Shown here: positions 1-11,102 of the stretch, one piece after another
How the letters are laid out: every line of letters starts with the position of its first letter
Position numbering within the stretch: position 1 is the first letter of the stretch
Assembly: GCA_036172245.1 (NCBI GenBank)
Contig: JAYWIR010000110.1
Coordinates: forward strand, 62,001 to 126,000
Source: Raillietiella orientalis
Lineage: Eukaryota
Length of the DNA stretch: 64,000 nucleotides
Reading direction: 5' to 3'
Position numbers and translations under genes: made by a program
The notes under the pieces: generated by a model
Told to the model about the DNA's origin: nothing
Database searches by the model: none
The model's input: the letters and a program-made list of their open reading frames with translations, nothing else

Positions 1-268
1 ATATCGTTGATTCGTTTATTTAAGAGTAATTAATTTTCTAAATAGATTGTAATTAAGAGTGCTAATCAAGATGCAGTATAAAAAAGAATGATTTGTGTAC
101 TACGTTATCTTAAATTTGGATGTGTTGAATTGAAATAGGATTTAATTGTAAATTTGTTTAAGAAGAGCAAGTTGAATTTAACAATCATTAAATTCAAATC
201 GCCCGTCGCTCTGATATAATATTAGATAAGTCGTAATATAGTAGATGTACCGGAAGGTGTATCTAGGC
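1..268 (+). rRNA. rrnS: Mitochondrial 12S rRNA 3' part (NUMT pseudogene copy 1)
   Basis: Conserved SSU 3' motifs: AAATCGCCCGTCGCTC, TAAGTCGTAA, GTAGATGTACCGGAAGGTGTATCT terminal hairpin. Confidence 0.9.
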
Positions 269-339
269 AAATGGGTAATTTACTAGTAGAAGTAACGATT
301 GGCTTGAAGTTGATAATTATTTAAAATTTGGTTAAGTTT

Positions 340-1100
340 GAGTATGAGATTATTAGTAAGAAATTTTATTTTATAATGATAGTGAAAAGTACTGAATACG
401 ACAGTCAATTAATAGTGATAAAGTATTAAAATTAATTCCCTTTTGTATCAGAGTGGAATCAATTGAAAATTTATATTTAATGTTTGAATGTTAATGAGTT
501 AAATAAAATGATTGTTGTATGTAACAAAATATAGCGGAATTTTATTTAGGGGTGATATGCTGACAAATTAATAGTTCTAATTATTAGTAAGTAAAAATTG
601 GGGATAAACTTAATTTATTTATAAATATAATAACAGGTATAAATTAGGAGCATTGAAGTAGCTATTACAAAGTTTTAATACTAAGTTAATGTTGATTTTT
701 AAAGTATTATGGTAATCTAATGTAATTAAAAATAATTTATGTGAAATAATGTTTCAATTACTAACATCTTAGGTAAGATTAAATTGTGAAGTGGGAATAT
801 TATAAGGAATTATTCAAAAATTTGTTTCAACTATTTCTTAAAAACATTTCCTTATGAATAATGTAAGGTATAATCTGCCCGGTATATAATAAACAGCTGC
901 AGTATATTGACTGTACTAAGGTAGCATACTACTTAGTTATTTCATTGATAACCTGAATGAAAGATTGTATTAAGCAAGACTGTCTTAAATCCTACATGAT
1001 TTGAGTTTAGATCGGCGTAAGCCTGATTGGTTTAAATCTTTAAATTACGATGTATTTACTTAGTACGAAAGGATTGGAAAGTTAAAATATTTTATGGGTG
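340..1100 (+). rRNA. rrnL: Mitochondrial 16S rRNA pseudogene with 340-bp internal deletion (NUMT copy 1); ends approximate
   Basis: LSU motifs CCTTTTGTATCAG, GCAGTATATTGACTGTACTAAGGTAGCATA, CCTACATGATTTGAGTTTAGATCGGCGTAAGC, TAGTACGAAAGGA. Lacks the segment present at 16351-16690 in copy 2. Confidence 0.9.
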
Positions 1101-1198
1101 AAGAAAAATTTTAATATCCATGATTTAAAGAATTCTTTGAGTAGTTAGAGTTTCTTAATATTAATGTTTGGAAAGATCAGATGTTTTGAAAGTTGAAC

Positions 1199-2076
1199 GT
1201 GTTAATGATTATTCAAAGAACATTTGCGATGTGAATGGTATTGGTTAGTGTGTCTTTCGTGACTTTGGTTGAGCGTAAGGTTTTAGGAGGAGTACAATGA
1301 CGCTAGAGGCCGGGTAAAGTAGGGGTTGGTATTTTTGAGCCTATTGTTGATGGTTTCAAAATTGTTGAATAAGGAACATTTTATTTAATGGATAGAAATA
1401 AAGTTGGTTATAAGTTAGTTCGTTGATTATGGTGTCAGTGATAGTGGGAATGTGATGATTCATGCTGAAAGTTGGGAGTTAGTGGGGAATGATAGGTTTA
1501 ATGTTGTTTGTGTGTTATTCAACGCAGAGGATATATATGGAGTATTAATGGGTGGCTGAGCCAGTAATAGGAAATATAGTTCTGTTGGTGTGATGCGTTC
1601 AGTAGCTCAAATGATTTCTTATGAAGTATGTATGATTGTTGTATTAATGGGTATAGTAGTGTGTTTGGGTGGATATCAATTAGATGTGGAGTTAGAGGAA
1701 TGCTTAGTATTTTGTAGGGCGTGTGGATTAATTGTATGTAGTGTTCTATGTTTAGTAGAAGTTAATCGTTTACCGTATGATTTTTTAGAAAGGGAATCTG
1801 AGTTGGTGACTGGTTATAATGCGCAGTATGGTGGTGTATTGTTTGTTTTTTTATTTTTGCCGGAATATGGATTTATCGTTTATTGAAGGTTGAAAACGAG
1901 TTGTTTATTTTTAGGAGGTTGTTATATGCTGAGAATCAAAACTTTATTTGTAATGTATGTGATTATTTGATTACGAGGGGTATTGCCTCGTTATCGTTAT
2001 GGTAAGTAGATATATCTGTGTTGGGGTGTTTCATTATATTGTGTGTTTTATTTCTTATTGTGGGGAGAGAAAGTAG
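1199..2076 (+). pseudogene. nad1: NADH dehydrogenase subunit 1 pseudogene (NUMT copy 1)
   Basis: Reads SFVTLVERKVLG, GWASNSKY (TGA=Trp, AGG=Ser), RSVAQMISYEV, EVNRLPYDF.E.ESELV.GYN..YGG, RGVLPRYRY. Contains in-frame stops and frameshifts. Confidence 0.95.
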
Positions 2077-2077
2077 C

Positions 2078-2140
2078 GATGGTAAGAATGAGTGGGTATG
2101 ATTTGATGGTAAGAATGAGGGGGTATGTGATGTCAAGAAT
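2078..2140 (+). repeat. 27-bp tandem duplication between nad1 and trnP
   Basis: GATGGTAAGAATGAG(T/G)GGGTATG at 2078 and 2105, with a partial third unit GATGTCAAGAAT at 2129. Also present in copy 2 at about 17781-17843. Confidence 0.8.
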
Positions 2141-2187
2141 TAGTTTATGAGAATAGTAATTTTGGGTGTTAAAGAATTATTTCTTGA
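2134..2187 (+). tRNA. trnP: Mitochondrial tRNA-Pro(TGG), T-armless (NUMT copy 1)
   Basis: Acceptor CAAGAA/TTCTTG, TAGTTTA D-arm start, anticodon loop TTTGGGT, short replacement loop instead of a T arm. Confidence 0.7.
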
Positions 2188-2198
2188 TGAAAGGTTAT

Positions 2199-2254
2199 TG
2201 CATTAAATTTATTTTTGATTTAATAAATCAATGTTTTAATTAAACTATGAATGC
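2199..2254 (-). tRNA. trnT: Mitochondrial tRNA-Thr pseudogene, T-armless, anticodon loop mutated (NUMT copy 1)
   Basis: Minus strand GCATTCA-TAGTTTAATTAAAAC-A-TTGAT-TTATTAA-ATCAA...TTAATGC. Identity taken from copy 2, which keeps the TGT anticodon. Confidence 0.65.
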
Positions 2255-5241
2255 TGAAATTATTGATAGAGAATAATAGAGAGAGATAATGATTATGTCG
2301 CTGATGCTTCTTCTTTAAGGGGACTTTGGCTCTTGGGTTTTTTCTAATTCTCGATGTGCAAAGGATGAAGAATGAGGATTTTGGCAATGGTAATCCTCCC
2401 CTTGCCAGTTTGCTTACCAGTTGCAGCGCCCCTTGAAGTTGCATGTGAATGACCCGTGATCCATGTAGACACAAGTCTTGGTGGGCTTCTAATGACCACC
2501 CCGATGTGGTCTTACGTGAATGTACGTTGGCACTGTGCTTCGACGATGTATTTTCCCTTCACGCCAATTGCCGCTTTTGCTCATGGTCAGAAGCAGTGAG
2601 CCTTGCCGTATGGATAGCTACAGTTGACGCACGTATGCAGGGAACGAGTTTCATGCTGTCCTAGAGAAAAGCAGTTGCTGATTTGCTGTGGTTCTCGCTT
2701 TCTGAAATGGTCATAGCTTACGTGAGGTACTCGAGAATGTCAACAAGAATTGCATACTTCCAACACACATTCTTGGTTCCACTTTTCGCGATTTTGAGAC
2801 CTGAAATTTTCTGTGCACTTCATTGTATCCTGCATTACCTCGTGTTCGCGAGAAACACACTCGGATGCATATTCCATCGAGATCAGGCGCTCTTCAGGGA
2901 TTTGACGTTCCACTTACAGCAAGCAGCGGATGCTTAATCCACCCTGCAGCAGGCACTTGGTCTCGAGTTTCTCGGGCGTAAATGGCCGCGCTTTAGAATA
3001 TCTGGAGAAACCAGGTGCTCAGTTGCTGCTCTGCAGGGTTCACTTGTTTCGAGATGCTCATAACGTTTACAACGGCCACTGTCTTTCGCATCTTGATGCT
3101 TTGTTTTCGTGTGACGAAGGGGTGAAACTTCAGCTTACGTAGACGCTGAAGATGCTGGTGTTCTCTAGCAAATGTGGAATCTCCCGACGGATTTTGCTTC
3201 CAGAAGCACCCAACAATTTGTTGGGTCTCATAGTCGGAAGCGGTCTCTTAGTAAATTGGTTTGCAGCCATGGTCGATTCGCAATAGATGCTCTGGAAAAG
3301 TTGGAACATTCTGTAGAGCTACCCTATTACGCTGCGATCCGTCATCGCACAAAGGTGCTGTTTCTGGTCCCTGTACGTAACCGAACAAAAGGCGCGCTTA
3401 CAGCAAATCACTTGGGAGTTTTCACACGCAAGAACATGTTGCGAACCAACTCCGCTCTCTGCACGTACTTTTGCTGCTGTCCAGATATCCAGCAACCTGG
3501 TGCTGAGATGAAGAAGTGTGGAAATAAGGCGCTCCACCGACGCAAAACGCAATCTTTTGAGATGATCCGAGAACTGAACTGCTAAGTTTCGACGAACCCT
3601 ATCCCAGGTTTGTAGGCGGGCTGCAGGTGATGAACAGTCTCGATTCATATGAATTCGCAATCAGCAAAATGACGGTTCTCTCCACTGTGCGCCTGTAACA
3701 CTAGATATTCCGTTCTCTTTTCAATGTGGTTCCGTTTTTAACTTTCTTTCCTTGTTATTGGAAAGCCACACTAATCCTAGAGTTTGCCTAATTTGTTCGT
3801 TCTTTTCTTCTCCAGTTTTCTTTGTTACCGTTCGTGAAATGTGCCAAATGAGCCTGTCGCGTGCCGTAAGGCGCACGTTACTTTTTTGAAAACAGTGTTT
3901 TGTTACCACGGCTCTCCGTCTAAGGCAAGGGCCGATGATTTCTAGAAGATAGAGCACCTTAGAAGGAGCTATGGAGATGAATTCAAAAAGATCTCAAAGT
4001 CCGTTCCTCTCTCACCCATGGTGATCTCACCTCCCACCCTAGTTGTCTCCCTTCTCTTTCTCTCGTAACGCTCCCTCCCTCCCCAATGGGCATGGCTGTC
4101 CTCTCCTTTTTAAATTCTCTGCTTTAAACTTCTTCAAAGGCTCATCACCCTTGCGTGGGGTGGTCCTCTGCATCTCAACTTCTCCATTGGGAACCCGGAG
4201 AAAGTCACTTTGGGAGAATTTCTGCTTCGGAGGGAAACCGCAATGGAACCGTTCCTGTTCAATCTTCTGAAGAGAACCCCGGAAGCATGCTTCAGAAACT
4301 CGGAAGCGGCTCGGCGCTTGCTTGTAGGTACTCGCTCTCGCTTCCTTCCTTGTGCACTCGGTGGAGAAGCGACGAATCGGTGGGTATTTCCTCGGCTGAG
4401 CAGGATCCGCTCCATCGAACAACTAGGGAGAGAAACCCGCGAAGGCTCTTGCTCCATGTTCCTTCTCTTGCTCTTTGTGAAGAGCATGATTTGAAGCGTA
4501 CCACCGCTGAGGGCGGTCCGCTCCAGCTAACAACTAGGAGAGGAGCTCTTGCGTGCTCTTGCTAGAGGTGCCTTACATTGCACTATGAAATGAGGCGATG
4601 AATCGGATTTGACCCCCGCTAAGAGGTCTGTTGTCCATTGTACAACCGGATGGCGAACTCCCCACTCCCTGGAATCGTGAAAGGACTCAAAGTTCGACTG
4701 CCATTGTTCCAGGCTTCATGAGAAGTCTCCAGGTTAAACTACCATCGTTGCCCCGACCGAATTTCATCGTACTCCCATCGCCATTGCAGGAGAAACTCGG
4801 AACCCAACGACGCAGTTGCGTCATTTTATGCCATATCCTTCGATTTGGCGACGCATCGTGCCATGCACAAAAGCCTTAACCCCAAAGCCTTTGACCCGCC
4901 CTAATCTTTATCCTCATCTTTAAGAGCAACGTGCATCGCACTATCTCTCGGAATATCACGGTAAAACAGTCATGAATTTGCATTCGCTTGGTCGTAACGC
5001 TGGAAAGGAGGGAACTTTGTGAAGGATTCGCTTCCAATCATTTCACAATGCCTCCATTCAAAAATAAATTCAAGTGAATTCGGGAACAACACTAATGGTA
5101 AAATTGCAAAATTCTGGAATAAGAGTGCAATCGATTCGCATTGTAAATGCGGTCCCATGCTGCGACGCAACGAAAACTTCTCGTGGCAACTGCGTAGGTA
5201 TACCGTACGTCGCGGCATTACAGCAGCCACAAGAGACCCTC

Positions 5242-6525
5242 ATGGAGCGCCTTCTACAACGAGATCCCACATACGCGTTCGCGGTCGCAACGTGGAGGCG
5301 GGCGCAGTGCTTCGTTCTCGGCGGCCCACAACTGACTGAGATACAGCGTAAGCGGCTCGTCAGCTGCTCGCTAGCGCGCAGGAGCGGTTCGCTGCCCGCG
5401 GAACGCCGGTCGCGCCAACGTTACATGCACTCATGTCCAGCAGAACATTGGTCTCGCTGCCGTGACGACACACATCATGGCATCGTGGTCCATCATTCCA
5501 TTGGTGGATCACGGATTCGAAATTTACAGCATTCGAGAAATGCTTTCAGTCGACGACGGACTGCGTTCTCTCTTGTCTCGCGTACTGTAAGTTGATTGTT
5601 CTTGGAACGTTTTGACTGCACGCAAGACGGACCATCAGGCTCTAATATCGACTCAAGCCTCCAGCAGTGAGTACCAGCGTGCAAGAGAACATCGGCCAGC
5701 AGTAGGGAGTGCGCGGCCAGAGGACCGCTGGCCGTCCTTGCTCACGGTGAACACCCCTGTGAGCGTTCGGCTGCGGCTCACGGCTGCGGATTGTGCCAGA
5801 GGGCAGGCCGCGCGCGGGCGAACGCGCTTTCGCGGCCAATCGACCGCGGAAGAAGCCAAACTTTCCGTGCAACGCTCGCGACCTGTGCACGGAAAATCGC
5901 CACAACCTTGCCCACCTGTGTGACAGCTGAACGCAATCCGTGTCGCAAAGAAGTGGATTCATGTATGTCTTTATTATTTTTTCTTCCAGGCATGCCGGAC
6001 CAATCAGCAAATCGCACGCTGCGCAAGCCAACCGGGATCTACCTTCGCCTCCTAATCCAGAACAGACGCTACCTGCGCTTGTATTTCCTATACCGCACGA
6101 AGCTTAACACCATCGTCGAGGTCCCCGAAGAAGAGCAAAGTGCGGAGCTGATAGAGCAACTTCTAGCGGGCTACGCCGTTCAGGAGGACCTGCATGAGGA
6201 GATGCCAGCAGTGCAGACGAAGAGGTACCAGGAGCATCTGCAGGAGCACTCAGCAGCACGGAAGCCGGATCAGCAGCAGCTGCTGTCTGGCGCCATGGAC
6301 GCGCTCGCGTGCCGTCCGGAGCTCGACCGCAGCGAAGCGGAACGGCGTCCATGCGGACGCTGCTCGACGCAGCACGGATCCGCTAACAAGAGTCATGGCT
6401 CTCTCTACATTACTAGTCATCTTTCGCGATGCTGGCGTCGCGTACTTCGTTTTCTGGATGCGGCCTGCATGCTTCCGAGCGAGAGTGATCCCCGAGGAGA
6501 CCCCCAACCACATCGCGTTTCATAG
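5242..6525 (+). CDS. Candidate two-exon gene, unknown product (exon 1 5242-5347, intron 5348-5989, exon 2 5990-6525)
   Basis: GTAAGC donor and pyrimidine-rich TTCTTCCAG acceptor join in phase 1. Product MERLLQRDPTYAFAV...TEIQR|MPDQSANRTLRKPTGIYLRLLIQNRRYLRLYFLYRTKLNTIVEVPEEEQSAELIEQLL... Splice sites and frame are retained in the paralog. Confidence 0.55.
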
Positions 6526-9500
6526 GGAGCGAGATGTGGTTTTTTTTAGTTCCCTGTTTACTGCTAGTCTTCCATCTCTGGTGAGTACTTCTTCGCAGGG
6601 AGCTTCGTTCCCCAGTGGCATTTGTTCCCTTCTTCAGGTTTGTGATTTGGTAGTAGCGGAACAAGCAATGGAATCGTAATGCTGGAACGAGTGTCGTCCT
6701 CTCATGTTGTTGGTCCTCTGTTTGATGAGTCGCAATTTGAGTTTCGTTCGCATTCCCGAATTCTGGAGTTCCGTGAGTTTACGGATATCAAAGCTTCCGG
6801 CAAATCTTAAGTGAAATTGATATGTTCATTAATACGCAAATAAACTTCAGGAAGAAACAAGCATGAATATTTATTAACAACCACATATCAGGAACCCATT
6901 CTGTAATTTGCATGGACTTATACGCTACGATTGCTAGCAGATGAATTTCTGATTGCTGTTTCGGTTGGTTGGTTACATCGCAAAACACATAGCAAAAGAA
7001 AGATGATATTCACATAGGATTCATAAATTCTGAACAAACGCGTTCACTGTGCGCTTGCGTTACAGAAAGCAGCGTCATTCACCCAATACTTCGAAAATTT
7101 TTTCTACAGTTGGTTCAGACATAAAAAGTCGGAAGACCAAATGACAAGGTTTAGCTCTGCTCGTTCCACGAGTTTACCGTTTCCCTTTTTTGCCGACAGA
7201 TTCGCCACCATACAGGCATTAACAAAGTCTGTACACATTCGCTGGCTTCATATGCATTCTATTTACATAAACCCATATCAACAGCAATACAATTTAATGG
7301 AAGCAATGTACACGTAACTTTGATGTTTCTGAACTTCGTATACGTGTTCTACATATGCTCTCCATACTACGTGGGTTGAGAAAATGTAAATTCTTGATTA
7401 CAGGCACATGGATTGCTAATGAGCTCGAGAGGATTTGCGTCTACGCTGCCTATAGTGGTTTCGTCATGAAAAGCTTCTCCAATTTCGTAAGCAACACTGC
7501 TGCAAGGTTGGTGATCCCTCAGAAAACAAGTTCGTTTCTAGAGCAGAGCGCATTAAACCATACTTGAGAACATCTCGACTGCAGATCCTCGGCAGCTCTG
7601 GAAAGCCATTTCTGTGCGATCCGAAAGAGGTATCCAGCTTCCAGTTTTGCCACGCAGCAAAGTGAATTGCCAAATCGAGATTTCGTGCGGCAGATGTCAA
7701 TTTCGTATTTGTTCGCCTTAAGAATATCGATCCGTGGAGTCACACGATACTGTACTCTGCTGACTTCGTGGCTAGATTCCAGAAGACGGAGGCACTTGGT
7801 GGTCAAAGCGGTCATGCTCTTTTTGCCTTGTTATCCACTTTGATGTCACTCCATTGGTCGTGCATACGAGATAGGAAGCATTCTCTTATTTCTATCCCGA
7901 TGTAGCCGCTTCTTCTCCTCTTACCTAGCTCTTTTCTCTCTTCCTTGGCAACGACGGGGTGCCCTTGGGGGATCGTTGGCTTGAAAGTCGCGAAAGTGCT
8001 CTTTCCGCGCAGTCTTCCTAACTATGTACTGCGTTCGCGGACAGCTTGCGTGATGAAATCGAGAATGGCGCAGAGAAAAGTCCTTTTGCGGAAAAAAGTG
8101 AGTGAGCAAATCTTTCATTATCCATGCGAGTTACGGAAAATGAGCTACGGATATCAAGATTCTCATTTTCACAACATTTTTTTATCGCATAGCTTGAAAA
8201 TGAAGCAGCCGATTACTTCCAGGAATATAGTGCATACACCATAGGTTTTGTCGTTTGCCTTTTGAAAGCAGTTCGTCGCTGGGACGTGTTGTATATAGTT
8301 TCGCATCAATTGAAGCAAAATCATGGCAAGATGTCTGCCTGTGTTCCTAGATTTACAATCTTTCTAGAAGGTTTGCAAGGAGACCAAAAACGGTTCTACA
8401 TACGCGGAGCCAACATGTGGCGAATGTTAAGAAACTTCTTTGGTAGATGATAGTTTTCCAAAGTAGATGAGCGGATTAAACCTTTAGTTTGAAATGGTAG
8501 AGCTGTACAGCTTCCAACGCGGCCTAGCACGATAAAGAATTTCATCTAAGCAGGAGTCACGTTTTCGGATTGGCCGTATGCGGAATTATCAGCTCAAACT
8601 CTCGAGGAACTCGTGACCGCTAACTTTCGAGAGGAACACCTCCGTTTTCCTGGTTCGCTTGGGGCAAGCGGATCAAATCCTTCCTCTCTTAACTCTCAAC
8701 ATTGAAGGTTGTTGCCTCCATAACGGCGTCGATAGGAAACTAGACAAAGAGCCTGAGCGATGCTTGAATCGAAGACAAGCTACTGCTGAGTGGCGGCGGG
8801 AATCCTTGAGGTGTTCTTTCTGAACTGAAACTGAAGTGGCACACTTCTTAAAAAACTAATGTTCGGTGGAAATCCTCATCTTAATTTCCATTCTTGACAT
8901 GTTTATTTAGTGCGTATACCAATAAGAATACAAGAGATTGAGACATTCATTACGCTTGACGGAGTATCCAAAAATTTTACACTTTCGATTCGTTTGTACA
9001 AAAGCATGGAAAAGTCCATTCTCGACACAGGTGAATGTATTCTCAATCCGTCGCTTGTTCTGTGTTCCTTGAAAGATACTGAAACCAATAGGTTCACACA
9101 TCTGGAAGCATGGGAATGTCAATGCGCAAGGGAAACGGTGCACAGCAATAGTTTCCGGTACAGGGAAGAGCTCATCTCCGTTTCAGTTTTCCCCGTGGGA
9201 TACGCAGAGCTCTCAGGAAGAAAAGGAATTAGAAAGGGATCGAAAAGCATGTTAGTTGCGAGGAGAATTGCGGTCGGGTGGCTACATCGGACCTGTGAGG
9301 AAGTGCGGCCAGGCGGCACCGAGATGCCCGAAAACTGCTGCGGTGATGGAAGCGTTGGCTCGCCCGCTCAGAGTTCCCTGGTGCGCCTTGCAGTGTACAC
9401 AAAGGTCTCCGTCTGCAGAAGTTTCGCATTTCGGCACGGCACGCCTCGCGCCCGTACTAATCTGAAGAGCCATGCGAAAGCGGCTGTAGGGTGAGTGGCA

Positions 9501-11102
9501 CAGCAATCTCTTCGTTGTTTATACTCGTTCTTTCGTCCCTACGTTACACAGCGGTTCTCATCGACACGAATCCCGTTCATCCCAAAGTGTCAACACGTAC
9601 CTGCAGAGGCCCCAACGCTCTCCACGAATATCTCATGGTGGTATGCCATCTAGAAAGCACGTCTTCTGCACGGTTGGATGCTTTCTTTAATGCTCTCTCC
9701 GAATCAAATCATTTCTCTCCATCCGTTGTCATCATCGATACTTTCTAATGTCGGTTCTATTTTCTCTAAAATCTTTGTTCTTCTTTTTCGAGCACTTCAG
9801 GAACGATCGTCACCGTCGGGCACAGCGCTTTCCGTCGTGATAAAGCAAACGGGCAACAGGTTGCCAGCACGTTCGCATCCGGAAAAGGACTAGATAGAAG
9901 AGCACACTGTCGTGCTGCATGTGTCAACGCAGATCGCGTCCTTCGAGAATAAGCGTCGATAAGCTACTGTCTTACACATCCCCTATCATCATGTTGAATG
10001 TTATGGAATGGAGTGGATCTGTTGAAAAAGAGTTGACCTCGTGGTTGTTGCGTTTTCGCTGAGATCGTCCGGTTCCGGCGAGCTTTCAAATGTTCACCTT
10101 CATGCACCATCGTCGTTGAACAGCAATGCAAGTCGATCGTCTTCCCTGAAGGTTGGATTAACTCGAGAGGAATGTCTACTGCTGAACGAATCTCTATCTG
10201 ATTTTTTTCCTAGATAGTAAAAGCATTTATGGAGACTACATTTTAAATGTGGCCACAACGACACAGCAGATTCATATAGGTTCATCGATATGCAGATGTC
10301 GATGTATGGGGAAGGTTTTCGGCGAGCTACCGTTTGCTGTCACGGAGCACTGACACGCTGCATTCAGGCAGCCAATTCATTATTTATTACGAATTTCTTC
10401 CCACTTTCGTGCCAACAAGACTGTACTTGATTTTCCGCTGTCGGAGAATGTATGAACAAAGCCGCGGATTCAGATCACTCTTCATGGTCAGATATTCCTT
10501 GCAATATGCTGTCCTGTATACGTCTAGGTAATGTAGCTGCGGTACATTTCTGCAGCGGAATGCCTCTGCCGGAGTTTCTGTCTTCCATGGTATTCCAACA
10601 TCCTTCCGAAAAATGCACGTGTTCGTTCCCAGGAAAGGTGTACCCTCGTGCACCTACGGTCAATTCACAGAGCTTTACGTTTCGTTTATCATACTGAAGA
10701 TCAACTGTTGCACGCTCTGCAAATAAGATATCTTGCTAATTTTGACTTCCAGCAATAGAATTTCGGACTGTCTCGCAAGTACTTTCAGGTTCTGAAGGTA
10801 ATTGTGGAATAAAACAGAACCGTGGAATTTCAATTTTATCCTGGAGAAGGTGAGCAGTCAAGAGATTGTGATCTTCATGGTATAGTAAGGGTTTTGACGA
10901 AGCGAGGAATCCTTCCGCAATGATAATAATCACACACAAAGGAAACCTTCATTTCACCCTGAAATTCTGCGTGGTCGAGGGATTTGAAACCACGATGCTC
11001 CTCACGATTCAAGTGCTTTTGCTGATTAAGGAGAAGAAGAATTTTTTTGCTATTTCTCAACACAACATTGCCAAATCTTCGTTTCCTCTTCTACCTAGGA
11101 TA

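Larger units (their letters stand above)
1..2296 (+). other. NUMT copy 1 (nuclear mitochondrial insertion, begins before the window)
   Basis: Very AT-rich, G/T-skewed block containing 12S 3' end, 16S, nad1, trnP and trnT, with stops, frameshifts and a large deletion. Composition switches abruptly to higher-GC DNA at about 2297. Confidence 0.93.
1..8960 (+). repeat. Segmental duplication copy 1 (NUMT plus about 6.7 kb nuclear DNA)
   Basis: Colinear with about 15365-25408 throughout, for example ORF pairs 4134..4487/20621..20974 and 7355/23796. Homology ends at TTGACGGAGTATCCAAA (about 8960) versus TTGACGGGGTATCGAAA (about 25408). Confidence 0.95.

Noticed and set aside
1100..1198. trnL between 16S and nad1
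   Set aside because: No convincing TAG or TAA anticodon arm could be folded in either copy.
1..2296. Genuine mitochondrial genome or mis-joined organelle contig
   Set aside because: nad1 is disabled even under the invertebrate mitochondrial code, 16S has a large deletion, and two diverged copies share one nuclear junction.
2300..2560. Helitron/PIF1 helicase C-terminal motif on the minus strand (DHIGVVIRSP)
   Set aside because: Only a vague resemblance; the diagnostic TIHKSQG and YVALSR motifs are absent.
4039..4565. Conserved gene in the cluster of overlapping ORFs (paralog 20530-21088)
   Set aside because: ORFs occur in several frames on both strands with no motif. Their presence in both copies is explained by the duplication alone.
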